NCBI GenBank assembly: GCA_036172245.1
Contig: JAYWIR010000011.1
Span: 2,666,001 to 2,730,000, forward strand
Origin: Raillietiella orientalis
Taxonomy: Eukaryota
Length of the DNA stretch: 64,000 nt
Direction of reading: 5' to 3'
In this document: piece by piece, positions 49,681 through 62,929 of the stretch
Numbering within the stretch: position 1 is the stretch's first letter
Layout of the letters: every line of letters starts with the position of its first letter
Notes under the pieces: model-generated
What the model was told of the DNA's origin: nothing
Seen by the model: only the letters and a program-made list of their open reading frames with translations
Database searches by the model: none
Program-made: the position numbers and the translations under genes

Positions 49681-50887
49681 TGAGGGACAGCAGGAGGGGA
49701 CGGTGAGGCCTCAGTGATGGACTCTTTAGCAGCCACAGGCTATCGGAGAGGTCAGAGAGTTAACTTTTCGTCTAGGAACGCGATTCTCCATTCCCTCCGG
49801 AGCGAAGCTGTGAGATGACGTCATCTTCCTCCTCCCTCATCCGTTTTCGAAGGGGAATGACTGCTCCCCGACCTTTCTGCAGTCATCTGACCTCTCAGCA
49901 TATGCGTAAACGTGGGCTCGTAGGGAAAGAAACGGGATGGAAAATATGGAAAGTAGAAAGAGAGGACTCTTTCTTCTTTCCATCCTTTGGTCTTGAACCC
50001 CTCCCAATCGAGAAGGCCGCTGCGGCTAGAGTGTGCTCCCGGCGTTCCTTCAAAGAGATGACCATGGGTCGCCTCTGTAGCGACTCAGAGGCCGCAAGGG
50101 ACCCTTCTCCCTCTTCTCCCTTTGCCAGTGTCGTGAGCTGACCCGAAAGCGTCGATTCCCTTCTCCTTTTCTTCTCGGAGTCCTTCCTAGATGGATAGGA
50201 ACCTTCAGCATCAGGAGGAGCAGCTACAAAAGAAAGAAAGGGCAGAGAAGGAGGGACTCGGGCTCTTTTCAGGCTCCCAGAGCACGTGAGTTGAGGTCAG
50301 CCGACGCTCACCTTCCGTGCTCCTTTTTTATCCCAGGCGTTTCCCTTCATTTTACCCCTAAAAGGGGGAGAGGAAACAAAAAAGGCAAGGATGATACGGA
50401 AGAATTTCATCCATGGAAGATCAGCTTTTCCCGAGACCCCTGCAGCTGACGTTGCTGTGCCATCGCCTCTTTCGATTTTTTGAACGGGCACATCGGTTCG
50501 AGGTCACGTCCTTTCCACAGGGATACTCACTGCCTCCTCGCGGTGGAAGAATCTGGGTGGTCATTCTAGAAAGAGAGAGGCGAGCTCCCGTCTGACCTCC
50601 GTGGCATAATTTCGCCAAGACCTTTCACTGACCTTTCCGATGAGCAGCACGCATGGTCCCTCCCCCCCCTTTTTTTCTCAAGTTCCCTCCCCCTCTCCCC
50701 TCAGTTCCCCTAGCTACTCTGTCCGATGGTCTCAGAGGTGCGGCCAGAACCTCGGCTTCGAAGCTCTGGTTGCTTCGAAGGCCGCGGACTCACCTCTGCG
50801 GTGTATCGTTTCAGTCTCTTGGAACTTCCCCAAGGACTCCTCGCCCTCGCCTCCATGCCAAGGGTGGGTAGCCTCCATCGTTCTGGG

Positions 50888-50925
50888 AAGGCCTCCTGAT
50901 TGCCGTGGGGCAATCAGGAGGCCTT
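50888..50925. repeat. Perfect 17-bp inverted repeat with a 4-nt loop
   Basis: AAGGCCTCCTGATTGCC-gtgg-GGCAATCAGGAGGCCTT. Confidence 0.9.
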
Positions 50926-51289
50926 GATTGTCCTCCGACAAGGTCAGCAGTCTCTCTCGAGCGTTCGGAGCAATATGACTAGAGGACGGTGCGGGGCCTC
51001 TAATCGTATTGCGCGTCAACACCTCTATGGTCCAACTGAAGAGCCGTGCTTGCGGAGGTCCTGATGCCGCTGCTGATGGTCCAGATTTCTCAGCTTGCAC
51101 CATCCTGCACTGCGCCCGCTTCAGGGAGGGGCAATACACCTTCCAATTTGAAGAAGGGGGAGCCTCGACTTGGACTCTTTGAGCAACAGGAATCTCCGAA
51201 ACCTCCCCCCGGTTGCTGGGACGAAGAGGGAGAGGGGAGGCGGGTGGGTGCGAGCCTAGGGAGGCTGAAGGTGAGTAGGCGGGATTGTG

Positions 51290-52600
51290 GCGCCCGCGTC
51301 GGAGGCTTTGTGGTTAAGACTTCCGCGTGTGACACCATGCGTCGCGAGTTCGAATACTCCAGCATGAAGCTGACGCCACTGCGTCGTTAGGTTCCGGGTT
51401 TCTCCTACAATGGCGCTGGTTGCCGAAACATCCCGGCGTGGCACCGGTAGCGGTTAAATCCCGGAAACCCCCGATGTAGGCCTGAACAATGGGAGTCGAC
51501 CTTCGGGTCTTTCCAGGAATCCAGAAGTGGGAAGTTCCCCCTCCGGTCTTACATCGGAGAGCGAACCCCCCTCACCGGCGGACCCCTCCGGTTTCAAGAT
51601 GGAGCAGGAGCCTTCACAGACACCTCTCCAGTAGTTTAAAGGAGCTCACCCCCATCTGTTGGAGGGGGACCCTTTGAGTCGCCGTCTCTCCAGAAGAGTG
51701 CAAGGAAGCAAGCGAGAGCTATCCCCCTGCGGGAAGCTGCAGCGCCCCTTCTGAGTTTCGGAAGCGTCCCTTCGGGGCTCTCTTCAGAGGAGTGAACAGG
51801 AGCAGTTCCCTTGCGGGTTCCCTCCGGAAGAGGAATTCCTACTAGCGGATCCTTTCCGGGTTCCCTTCGAAGAAGATGAAATGGAGAGGACCACCCCCCT
51901 TCCGGGGGGTCCCTTCGGAGAGAATGAGGAAGGAGATTCCCTTTTGGGTTCTCCTTCGGAGACAACCAGGGTGGGGGAGGTGCGATCCCCCCTCCCCAAG
52001 CGTGAGAGGAACGGACTTCGATCCCTTCCTGGATTCATAGTGCGGGCCCCCTTCCGGGGTGTCCCCTATCTTGAAGAATACACACACCCTCCGCAGGTGG
52101 CGTGGAACAGTGTTAAAGAGCCACGTGCGCCGCGAGGCACGCGACCGGCTCTTGAGGTACTTAGAGAACCAAAAAAAAGAAAACCTGAAAAAACTGAAAA
52201 AAAAAATGCTGAAAGGGAAAAAACAGCGAAGACAGAGAAGAACCCAAAAGGATTTCCTCGCTTGCAGGTGCCTCTGCGAGGGCACGAGGGAAACCTTCCT
52301 CGCGCGTGCGCGGCCCTGTCCAGCCGCTCCGGGTGTCCTCGCGGCGGCTGGCACTGCGATGGGGGCCACCTCGGGTGCACTTGCTCTCTCGCGGAGGGGT
52401 AACGACCTCCCTCAGGCTAGTGTACCTTCCCACTTCTCGGTAGCGCGCTTTCGCACCAGCACTTCCTCCTCATCCTCATTGCCATCCTCGCTGCTTCCCC
52501 ACCCTCGGGAGCCGGGTCCAAGGGGACTTTTGGGTGCCGCCCCGGACTCTCGCGACCGAGAGGTGGAACCCTGGCTCTGGTAATGGCACTTGGATGCGGC
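51290..52600 (+). mobile_element. Composite tRNA-headed retro-repeat, copy 3 (diverged, expanded subrepeat array)
   Basis: A-box-like GGCTTTGTGGTTAAG and B-box-like AGTTCGAATAC (51347-51357); about five TCCCTTYCGGGTTCCCTYCGGAGA-like units at 51765-51965; TCCTGGATTCATAG; GGTGGCGTGGAACAGTGTTAAAGAGC (~52096-52121); A-rich linker ending AACCCAAAAGGATTTCC as in copies 2 and 5. Confidence 0.75.
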
Positions 52601-52619
52601 ACTGTCTTCTTCGCAACGC

Positions 52620-53180
52620 TATCTAACTGAGATCTGATGGAGGAAGGCCTCTGGAAGGGGACCCGTCGGCCCCATGCAGGCCTCTACCAGACCCATCAGC
52701 GGACCCCATCTCCGCGATCCGTAAGATGGAGGTTCTTTCGTTCCTTGGGGCAATGGTCAAAGGAAGGAGCTTCCTGGGGGTCGGCAGCTCTGCTCCCCTG
52801 AACCTTTCCAGTAGGTCCGAGGAAGGACACGGCTGCAGTGGAAAAAATATCCCAGTCCTAGACACCGCTCTATTGACCAGCCGCTCGGGGCAAGGCGAGC
52901 ATTCCGATCCGTCGATCCCATCACCACAGGGAATCTGGATGAAGCGCTCTATGGTGCAGTCTGAGCTCCTGCCTCCCTTTTTCTCCCTTCGTGGGGCTTC
53001 CCCAGACGAGGAGCAGGGATTGAGATCCTCCCTAGGCCCTCTCCCCTTCCCTCTCAGCAGCAGAACCTCCTCCCTGCCTTTCTCCGCCTTCTCCAGGACG
53101 AGCCTTTGATCCCAGAGTTCCGTCGCTGCCGGATCCTCCAGGTGAACTTCTGCACCTCGGCGCCGCCCTCTTTTTGCCAC
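52620..53180 (-). mobile_element. Possible decayed LINE ORF2 remnant
   Basis: LLLRGKGRGPREDLNPCS...REKKG...TIERF and, downstream, RIAEMGS...LHGADGSP loosely match the pre-RT linker and the MxxxKxPGxDGxP motif. Confidence 0.25.
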
Positions 53181-53536
53181 CCCGAAGGAAACATTACGAA
53201 AGGGAAGAAAAACGACAAACTGTGGGGGGCGTCTTCAGGGGTACCATTAAATAATTCATTCATTGCGGGAGTAACCGGAAAAAGATTAATGGGTTCGATC
53301 GGTCCCATTACGGGATCGGTACATTCCCTTGCGCATGCTTTGCGCCTCGCATCCCGCATCTTTGACAGCGGCTGTATCTCTTCCTTGGAAACGGCTGTGA
53401 GCGAACCCCTTCCTCCTGAAGTGCGTCATCACTCATTCCCGGCCGGGAAGAGAAGGAGGGAGGGTCAGGGAGGAGGAGAGGACGCTTCCCTCCTGCTGGC
53501 CCCTTCCTCCCGGAAGATCCCCTTCTCCATCGGTCA

Positions 53537-56500
53537 TCACACGGTGCTCTCCAAGGGATAGTGGAGGAGCAGAGGGAGCGAGGCGTTCCTGACGGCTTTC
53601 GGGCGGCTGCTGCTCCTCATGAGCTCTGGGTACACCCGGTCAATGGAGCCGTCCATGCAGCCCATGCAGAGGGCGTCCGTGTCGGAGAACTGCAGGTCGT
53701 CGGCCGAGGGCTGGTGGAGGTGGTGGTGATGCAGCAGGCGCTCCTGAGGGAACAACCGCGCGCGCGGTGGCCGTCAGCAAAGGGGTGGGTGACAGAATGA
53801 GGACATCGTCCTCCCTCCCCGCTTCCTCCCTGAACTAGGCGCGTCCCTCGGCTAGAAGGGGAGCGACTGCTCCGATCAGGCCATCCATCTGAGGGCGTGC
53901 AGGGCCTCCGCGACGGCGTGGGTCGGGAGGGGAGGGACAGGTCTCGGAGCGTGGTCCCGTCGACCAATCCCGCCCATCTGCCATCGATCCTCCGGAGAGG
54001 CGGCTATAGAAAAGCTCCACTGGCGCTCGGGACGTAAGGGAGGGGTGGATGGGGGATAAGGGCTGCGAATAAGGAGGACTAGGAAGGAACATCTTCGTCC
54101 CGACCCGTGGTGCATCTCTACCTCTTCCTCATCCATTGCCTTCTCACCACTCGCCAACCTTAGCTGAAAGCCATGACCGGTCGCTCGACTCCTCCAAGCG
54201 ACGCCCACCCCCTTCCCTTGCCCTCGTTCCGATTCCGGACCTCCGACCTGAGATGAAATGCCTCCTTCCCTCCCCATAGGAGGCGTCGCTCCACCCTTCC
54301 TTGCTGATCACGCCCTCCCCAGGAGGTCTCTTGCATGGAGCTCTTTGCCTATTCCTGGCTTCAGCCCAGGGGTCCTCTGACGTCTGAGAGCCGTTTCCAG
54401 AAGCCAGCAGCTGTGCGCGCCGCCGCCGTCGTCGGGCAAGTGGGGAGGAAGGGGGTAACAGGCAGGAAGATGATGCTTGGAGGATGCTCCTTTACCTCTC
54501 TGACGATGCTCGGAGGAGGAGAAGCGGTGAGGTCGACCCAAGGGTGCGGTCAAAGGATTAAACAGCCTCTGAACCCTGCAGGCTGGGAGAACGAGGAGAG
54601 GCGATTGTCCAAGGGTAGAAGTGGGGGGATCGGAGCAAGGGAAGGAGGGATTCATTTGGCGCTGAAGGGGGAGAGAGACTTCTGAGACATCTCTGCCCTC
54701 TGACGCGAAGGAGACTCCGCCACGCACGAGAAGGTGTGCGCGCGGAGGCTCCTAGCTGTCGCTGATCCACCGGAGAGGTCTGAGCAGAGTTTCCTAGGAG
54801 ACGATCCAATCTTCCTCCGTTAGGTTCCCATCACAGCTTCCGGACCGCGAGTGCCAACAGCAGGGTATAAAGCAGGGAGGGAGACAGTGGTGCGAGTCCC
54901 AGGCAGGGGTGATGGAAAGCGGCTTCGAGATCCACCCGACCCTCAGCTGTGCGGGGGACGTAGGAGGGGTTTATCCGGATGCATCATCATCCCTAATGAC
55001 TAGGGGGCATGTTGGTGGCTGGAAGGTGGACGCGACTCCCGCCCAACCCCTCTGCGGTCTTCCTTGCTTTCGAGGCACGCTGTCAAAGGCCAGTGACCCA
55101 GCATCTGGTGTTTCCAGCAGACGCTACGGGAGTTCTGCAGGCTGGAACACGTGCCATCAAACCGGGGTGTGTGTTTCCGAGACTTCAGGGTCGTTTTTCC
55201 CCGGGATCCAGGATCCTGGGATTGGTGAATTCTTGCCATGAAGGGTGCGGTGGCCCCTTCGGACGAGCGGCGGGATCCGGAAGGGCGGTGAAAGGGACCC
55301 GTCTCCATGGCCTTGCGAGTCAGGGAGGAGGGGATAGACCCCGGGTGGAAGCAAAGTAACAGGGAAAGGACAAGTGAATAAGCTTCTGAACCAATCCAGG
55401 AGGGACGGACAGACAGGAATGCGAGCCGGAATAGGTCCAGGACTGAGTTTTTCGATGCGGGAGGCAGGCGGCAAGGAGGTGCCCGCCAAACGGGAGGCCA
55501 AGGTCATCCCGAAGACCGGGAGGCTTGGACTCGCTGGAGGAGGCGAAGGAGGTGGGCGCTCTTCCTCAGATGCTGCCATGGAAGCAAGAGGAAAGGGGCA
55601 ATGGAACTAACTAATCATCTCCATCTCCTTCAGGTTGAACTCCGGTGACCAGCGAGAGTTCACCGAGAAGCTCCTGCCCAAGGAGGTCCATTCTCGCTTT
55701 AGCAAACTATTGCAGCGCGGATTTCCCTACAAGCTGGGGGAGAAGGGGTACAAGGCAACTGGTGGCCAACTTTCCTGTCGGCAGGTCAATGCCTGGTCAT
55801 GCTGCGCAAAGTGCCCGGCATCGCTGCAGGCCACACCGTTCTTCCCGCAGCTTCCTTTCCGCTGTCAGCTCGGCTCGCTTGGATCGACAAGGGCTCAGCG
55901 CGCCCTTGCAACCTTCCTCATGTCTTCCGAGAACGGTGAATCGAGAGTAGTGAAGCAGACCGCTGTCCGCAGTCTTGCGCTTTCGCCTCATCCCCCTGTC
56001 CTCCCCGTCTACCCCATCCTCGCACGGGACCGCGAGGAGAGACCTGAACGGGGACGGGAGCCGCGTCCCCGAGGAGGGATTGGGGTCGCCGAACAGGCAC
56101 CGCGCGTTCTCTCCTCCTTCTCTTCCCTCGGTTTCGTAACCTCCCCTGCTGAGGGTCGCGACAGTGCCGGGATTTGCGCGGGTCCGCCCCCTCCCCTCCC
56201 CGTTCGACCTCTCTCCGTCCCCGGGCGTCCCGCCAAGGGAGGAGGAACGCACGAACCTGAATGGAGCTCACGGGCGTGTCCAGGCTGTTCCAGGGCATTC
56301 GGACGTTGCCGCTGGTGCTGCGTTCTTTCGCATGCACCGAGTAGCTGATGCTGTCCAGAGAGGTGAGGGCAGAGCCTCCGGCCTTGTCCTTGGACTCGCA
56401 ATCGTTCCCGTGGAGTAGGGGCACTGGAAAGAGCATCATCCCTGTTGTGAGTCCCCGTCCTTGCCTGCCCCTGTCCCCCCCTCCATGGGTGCTTCCGTCC

Positions 56501-59500
56501 CCTCCTCTTCCTCCCCCCATCCCATCGGGGGCCCTGCCCGCAGGCAGGGAAGGCGCGGAGGGAGCGACACGTGCAGTGGTCGCGGGAACGAAGAGCGTCG
56601 TGGTCGGTCCGCTGGCCGCCGCGAAGGGGGGGCAGATGGTGTCCGTTCCTTGGCCTCCGTAGAGGGAGCACCAGCATCTTCTCTCAAGGATTCTGTGACG
56701 CCACGCAGACGTCATGAGTCCTAGGGGAAACGCTCTCGCTTGCTCGAACGCTTCCGGGGCTCGTCGCCGGGAAGCGCTAGCCTCAGGAAGAGAGGATGGG
56801 AGAGAGCTTTTTGCCCCTGCCTCACCATGGCAACGCCTACTCTCCGCTCACTCGTCTTCCTCTGCTAAGCTCCTTCGCACTGCCTCTTTGGCCTCGGAAA
56901 GAACCCCCTTCTTTCCACGCGCGCAAGTACCAGGTCGGGCAGCCGGCAGGTCTTCTAGAAGCGAAGACCGAGGTCCCCTTCCCCCTTCCTCCGACGGGCG
57001 TCAAGGGATGCACGGGAATTGCGAGGGGCCGTCCCTCCCCTTCGCCACCGACTCAGGGGACTCCTCCTCTTCCTCTGCCATCGACCGCGGGGAAAATCCC
57101 CCCCCCCTCCTCTCCACCCTCACTTTCCCTCCCGTTCTCCCGCGTTTCGCCGGGGGACGCGGCTATCGGGATCCATTACTCTTCCCCGGAATCTGAAGCG
57201 TTCCCGCAGGAATCCCTTCCCACGGGTGGGAGAGCTCGGAGGAGCCCTGCTCCCTTCCTGGTCTGGAGCCTCCGTCGCGGCAGTGCTCCCATCTATCATA
57301 TGAGCGACGGCGTTGCCCTGGAAACGCGAAGGACCACGCGCGCGCGCCCTTTCTCTGCGGTCCCGCGATCTCTTCCTCTTCGGACAGGGGGAGGAAAAGT
57401 TCCCTGGAGAAGAAGGGGACAGTGGAGAGAAAATTAGGTTCTCGAGGGGCCTCGGGAATCGAGGGGCCTAGTGCGGAGGCGCTCCGCCCATCGCGGCTCA
57501 GGGCAAGGGTGGAGGGAGGGGTACATGCTCCCAGGGTTCACTTCCCTTTCCCTTTCCTCCCTGGGGAGCCCGCTCACCTTTCCTGCTGGGGATGAGATCC
57601 GGGTTGGCGGAGCACGCGGCCTTGGTGGTGTCCTTCCCGGCCACATGCTGCCACCTGCTGGCCGGGGCGGACTTGTAGAAGCGGGGTCGGCGGTTCCTCC
57701 GGGCGCAGAAGCGGACGACCAGGCACGTGACCACGAGAAAGAGGATGGTCCCGCCCATGCAGGATAGGGTGATCTCCAGGAGAGGGGACTTGTCGACCAG
57801 ATTGCTGATGCTGGACGGCCCTACTCAGGGGAGAGAGAACAAAAAGTCACGTGCCAGCAGCGAAGAGTATCCCCCCCTTCTACTCCCGGAAGGGAAGGAC
57901 ATGACCTCCCCCTTCCCTTTCTCCCGGTTTCCTGCATCCGGCGGGAAAGTACGTTCCATGAGGGCATGCGCGCGCATCTTCGGACACGGAGAGGGGGGTC
58001 ACCCCCCTCGCCTTGCTAACTTCGGGGTGGCGGATGCGGTCGGGGTGGGGATGTATGGGGACGGAACGAACCGGGGGTTCAGTATTGGAAGAGCAGGGTG
58101 GCACCGCGTGGAGAGAGAGTTGCGTCCCGCACGAAGACTCGGGAGAAACCAGGACTCGAAAGGAGCAAGGGGCAAGAAGGGAAACCGGAAGGAGACGTTG
58201 GGTCGGGAAGCGGGAGCGGGAAGGCAGGGAGGATGGAGGAGGGGGAGGGAGAGGGCGAAGGGAGGATTCTCTGTCCCCTCTCTCCTGGTTGGGAAGGACG
58301 CCCCAAGGGGGGCAGCGGGCGCGAGTCGACTTGACCGCCGGGACGCGCGCGCGCACCGTCTTCCTTCTTCCGGGCGCCTTTTGGCACCCCCGTCGACAGA
58401 TGGGCTGGCTTCCCCTGCAGAGCTTGGAGGCGGCGATGAGGGAGTGCTCCAACTTGGTCGTCACCCTCCCGTGGGTTGGAAGGCTGCACAACCCTCCCCT
58501 CCCCCCTCCCCTGCCGACAGCAGCACTTCAACGAATCTGAGCAGACCCCACCTCGAGAGAGTCCCGTTCCGTTCCCCGGGGTGGTACTTCCTCCGGTCGG
58601 AGGAGGGAAGGAAGGAAGGCGGAAGAGTCGTGTAGGGAGAGGGGGGAGGTGAACGCCCCTGATAAGGGGGGAGGAGGGGCGGAGTTTCTCAGGGAGTTTC
58701 TCTCTCAGAAGGTTCCCCTCTTATCGCCGCTCGAGGGGTGGCGGCAGCGGCTGTGGAGAGATACAGCAGGGCGCGGGAAGAGGAGGAGAGGAGGATGCCG
58801 GGGGAAGGAGGGGGGGAAGGAAACCCAGTGTGCTTACTTGGCTCCCGCAACTCCCCGCGGGGCATCCGAATCTCCATAAACTTGGAGTCGCCCACTCCTT
58901 TCACGTTTCTTGCGTAAACCTCCACGACGTAAGGGTGGCCTTCGTTCAGGCCGGTGACATGAAAGTAAGGAGTCTCAAGATTGGCCAGGATGCTCACAGG
59001 AACACTACTGTTTTTCTCGTAAACGTGTATCACGTATTCCTGGGGAAGCCCGCCGCCGCCGCCGCCGGCGTTCCCGGGATCGCACTCCATCTCCAGGGAC
59101 GTGATAGTCGTGTTCCAGATGCGGCAAGTTTTCAGGCTTTTGGGCAACTCTTCAAATGAAAAAGAATTAGGAAGAGGGGCAACAGTGCTGTCCTTTAGAG
59201 AGAGTGAGAGAGAGAGAGAGAGGGAGAGGGAGGGAGGGAGGGTCACTGTGTGTATGGTTGGGGGAGAAGGGGTGGTGCCGTCACCGCCACGTGCCCTCGA
59301 GGGAGGAGAAGGGGGGGGGGTATACGTGGGCTTTTCCTCTCTTCCCTGCTTGCTGCTGCTGATGCCGGCTGCTTCTCCGGATGTCGCCTTTCCGGGACCG
59401 CGGAAATGCGGCGTGGTGGCTGAGACTCTCCCGCGTACCCACGGGAACCTGGGGCTACGTTAGGAGGAGGCGAGAAACAAAAATAAAGTAGGCGGTGGAG

Positions 59501-60548
59501 GGAGGGGAACTTCCCGCTGGAAAGATCCGCAGCGGCGGGAGTTCTCTCGAGAAAGGAACGCTCGGGTTTTCTTTGTCGGAGAAGGGGAGGACGGCAAGGA
59601 GCAGGGAAGAGCGGGCTTCCTCGTCACTATGAGGCCGCTTTAGGGGGAAAAGTCACGGTCTGCACTGAATTCCTGGGAGTCGGGACGCGGAAGGAAGGCG
59701 CGCCCGAAGCGATCGGGAGAAGAAGGCAGGAAAGGCACCGGTGCGCCGTCCCCATCGGTGCGGATGCGGCCAGATAGGCGTCGTCGGCAGGCAGGGATTC
59801 GAGATTTCCGCTCACCCCAAATGCTGAGGGAGATCTGCCAATCTTCGCAGAGGTTGGGAGAGGAAGGGAAGGCAGCCCTCCGCGGAGCAAAGGGGTGGCT
59901 CGCGTCCGTCGCAACGGGAGGGAAGGATGGAACAGGCCGCAAGGGGGCGAACGGACGGACGGAACGACAAAGGGGGAGGAGAGCTCTCCAGGACGCGCAT
60001 GGGGTTCTGTTCCAAGAATCCGTTCCCGGTAACCTCCCGCGCCTCTAGCTGGGGCACCTCTCCCTGCGTCGGAAGGCACGGCCGGCGTGCAAGAGCGTTC
60101 CCTCATCTTCTCCGGAGTCCTCCCGACGGAGTCGCTCCGAAAGCGCCCTCGACGTGGGAAGAGCACACGGGCAGGATCCACTTTCGGGAACGCGGGAGGG
60201 GAAGGTGGTGCTTGAACAGGGAAACAAGGAGACAGGGCATCCCTTGTCTCGCCCACTCACCAGCGTACGTTATGTTGTACCGGCAGGGGGCTTTCTGCTT
60301 CCCGACGTCGTTGGTGGCGGTGCACTCCAAAACGCCGTAGTTCTCGGGCACGTCGATGCTGAAGTTCAGGAAGTTTCTGCCCGTCTCGAACTCGGAAGTG
60401 GGCAGTTCCGTCTTGTCGACCAGACGGTTGAAGATCCACTGGTAAGAGACCGGAGGCGGGTCTGCCTCGACATCGCAGTAGATGGTGGCGACCTCGTTCA
60501 GGGAGAGGTACACGGTCCTGGTCTCGTCCGAAGTGCACGTAGGAGCGT
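53537..60548 (-). CDS. Sidestep/nephrin-like Ig-superfamily membrane protein, 3' part (5' exons not found in window)
   Basis: Phase-compatible exons: 60548-60261 (Ig: APTC...ATIYCDVEADP..VSYQWIFN...NYGVLECTATNDVGKQKAPCRYNI), 59149-58838 (FN3: C.IWNTTITSLEMECDPG..GLPQEY...FHVTGL...VYARNVKG), 57820-57578 (TM plus NPDLIP motif), probable 56441-56257, and probable last exon 53743-53537 ending in the PDZ ligand ESTV*. The two cytoplasmic exons are less certain. Confidence 0.85.
54330..55870 (+). mobile_element. Decayed L1/Tx1-like ORF2 remnant, antisense within an intron of the Sidestep-like gene
   Basis: Degenerate motifs in collinear order across frames: QPRGPLTSE, PLNPAGWEN, EQSFLGDDPIFLR, YGSSAGWN, SRILGLV, IPKTGRLGL (~LPxxxGGLG) and LPKEVHSRFSKLLQRGFP...C...KCP (zf-RVT-like). 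Confidence 0.4.
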
Positions 60549-61899
60549 CTGGAATCGACAGACCTTATCTTCACAAAGGAATGGGAAGGATATGCGAGGT
60601 GCAAGAACTTCCGCCCGAGGACCCGTGGGCTCTTCGCTTCCACCTTCCCTCGCTCGAAGGCCTGCTGCGTCCTCGCGCCCTGAAGATCTGCTGGCGCTTC
60701 TGTGACCTCCTCCTCCTTGCTTCGAGTGAAGCGGGTAGGAAGGACAGCATTTCATCTCTAGCTCCGCCTGGTTCCCCCTCCCCAACCCCCCCAACCCCCC
60801 AGAACCGGCCGTCTCGCTTCTGATGCGAGGTTCCAAGTGAAATGGGAGAAAGGAAGGGGAAATGGGTTCGGTTAGTGGAAGGAAACTTCAGGACATTTCC
60901 CCGGAACCCCTTCTGCCCGGAAAGTTCGAACGGTTCGACTCTCTCGTGGCTCCTCTTCCGTCCTTGCGATGTGACTCTCTATCTGGGTGCATCCAAAAGC
61001 TGTTTTTCTGGTTGGGACTGCGCTCTACTGCGGAGTGGCAACAGGTGCAGGGGAAGCAGATGTGCACGTATAGATCGATCGATGAATTCCTCCGAGGAGG
61101 GGATGGAGTTCCCAAAAGTCGAAAGAAGAAAAAAGAAAAGAGAATGATGAATGCAAGAAATGAACTTCCGGAGTGCCGGAATGCAAGTCCGACAGTGCCA
61201 AGCGATCAAAACCGGAGCCATCAGATGAGGGTCAATCTCGAGAGGGAAATCCAAAGGATCATGCCAACTGCCGAAAGCTCGATTCCCTCTATCGTCAGCA
61301 GGGCTGTCGCTGGTGAGTAGGGGACCGCCGGCTGGTTTGGAAGAGAACCAGCGACGTGCAGTGCTTCGTCAGGCCTCTTGCTCTTGAAGAGACCCAAGGC
61401 GGGCAAGGAACACTCTATCCCGGCTCAATTCTTGCCGTATCCCTGTGTCTTCTCTCAGAATGCTCGCGCGGCAATCACCGGCAGCTGAGCGGCCAAGTAC
61501 GTCGTCTTGCAGCAAAGGGCGAACTGTGTTCGAGCTGCTCCAGGAGGAGCAACGTCCCAGAGTCTGCCCTTCCCGTCATCTCGAGTCCTTATCAACGCAC
61601 GTGCCGGTGCGCACGAGGGGAACGCACGAACCTTCAGCTCCTCGGTGGGCACCCCCATTGATTTAAATTGGTAAGCGTGTGAGTCAATGCTGACGAATCG
61701 GAAGGTCTGCTGCCTCTTTCCGCCGTCCGATGGAACAGGATGCCCGAGGGGTGTGACTTCGGTAGGAAGGTGTTCTGGTTCATCTCCGGTCGCGACGGTC
61801 ATCAGCCGAAAGAGAACACGCTGCCGCCACCATTGCCAGGCACGGATAGAAGCGGAAACGTGCAAGAACGACCACCGAACTCCATTGCTATGCGACCTT

Positions 61900-62700
61900 C
61901 GTCACCCACTGCCTGCAGTATTTGGCTTCCGGATGACGAAAAATTCATGATTTTTCGAGACCAACGGCACTTTCAAGAATCGTCCCGTCTTCACTAGCCT
62001 GGAGTCGTACTGGTCGTATGCGTTCGCGAGCTCCAGATCTGTTCGACCCGCCGAAGAGGGCCTCTGGTGTGGCAAGCAAAGTCTCGGATTTCCAGTCGTC
62101 CAGGCACCTCCGTCGCCCCGCGACACCCCCAGAAGGTGCCTGCCAGCCGCCTTGCTGCAAATCCGGAATCCGGAAACTCGAGGAAAGTGAAAGTGGATCG
62201 AGGTGGAGCTCGTGTTGATAAACGGAACGAGGATCTTGGAAGTTTGGACGAAGCCCTCATTACGAATGCAATCTCGTCATAAATGTAGGCAGGAAATGGT
62301 CGCTCGTCCTCTCGCGGGATCCTGGAAGTTTCTCTTTTTCCACGTGCGAAAAGCTCCAGGAATCCAGTAGAATCAAATCATCAGATGAATATTTAAATCT
62401 ACACAACTCTATTCGGTCCGAGGGAGAGCGGAAGGATCTTCGAAGAGGGAGAGGGAGGAAGGGAGGGAGAGACGACGGAAAGCTGCTTCCTCGTCCACTG
62501 GAAACCTTCAACAGGAAGAAGTGGAAGAAGAAGAGTCGAGACCTCTGGTTTCTGCTTCATCTTCAGAGCATCCCTCATACAAGATTGATAGGAATTTTTT
62601 TCCCCTTTCTTCCAGACAATTTCGCAGTTGGAAATGGGAGCTCTCCGACGAAGAGGAGTTCTTTCCCTTCCTGGAAGGAGGCAGCTGTGACGTCGTCGCA
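61900..62700 (-). mobile_element. Decayed L1/Tx1-like ORF2 remnant directly downstream of repeat copy 4
   Basis: LRNCLEERGKKFLSILY (~WLEEGEKxxxYF), KLPGSRERTSDHFLPTF (~KxPGxDGxTxEFYxxF) and CLDDWKSETLL (~NWRPIxLL) occur in the expected order. Confidence 0.4.
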
Positions 62701-62929
62701 GAACTGCGAGTGAAACGAACGGTGGAATCCATTACGACGTGCTGTGTGAAACCGAGGCGAGGCAGGTGTGGACGAGCTAACGCTTTTTTCTTTTTTCTGT
62801 TTTTTCCAATGGTTTCCCACCCCTACCCCCTTCTGCTCTTAAAGACAACCAAGGAATGAAAAGATGAGCTGTGATGACATCATAAGTATCCAGTTTAGGT
62901 TAGCTGGCTTCACGGATGCGCAAGACGTT

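Noticed and set aside
51765..51965. CRISPR-like repeat-spacer array
   Set aside because: The units are degenerate and irregularly spaced, lie inside a eukaryotic retro-repeat, and there are no cas genes.
56571..56692. Extra cytoplasmic exon of the Sidestep-like gene
   Set aside because: Weak donor (GTGTCG) and an end phase incompatible with the better exon at 56441-56257. It is possible only as an alternative exon.
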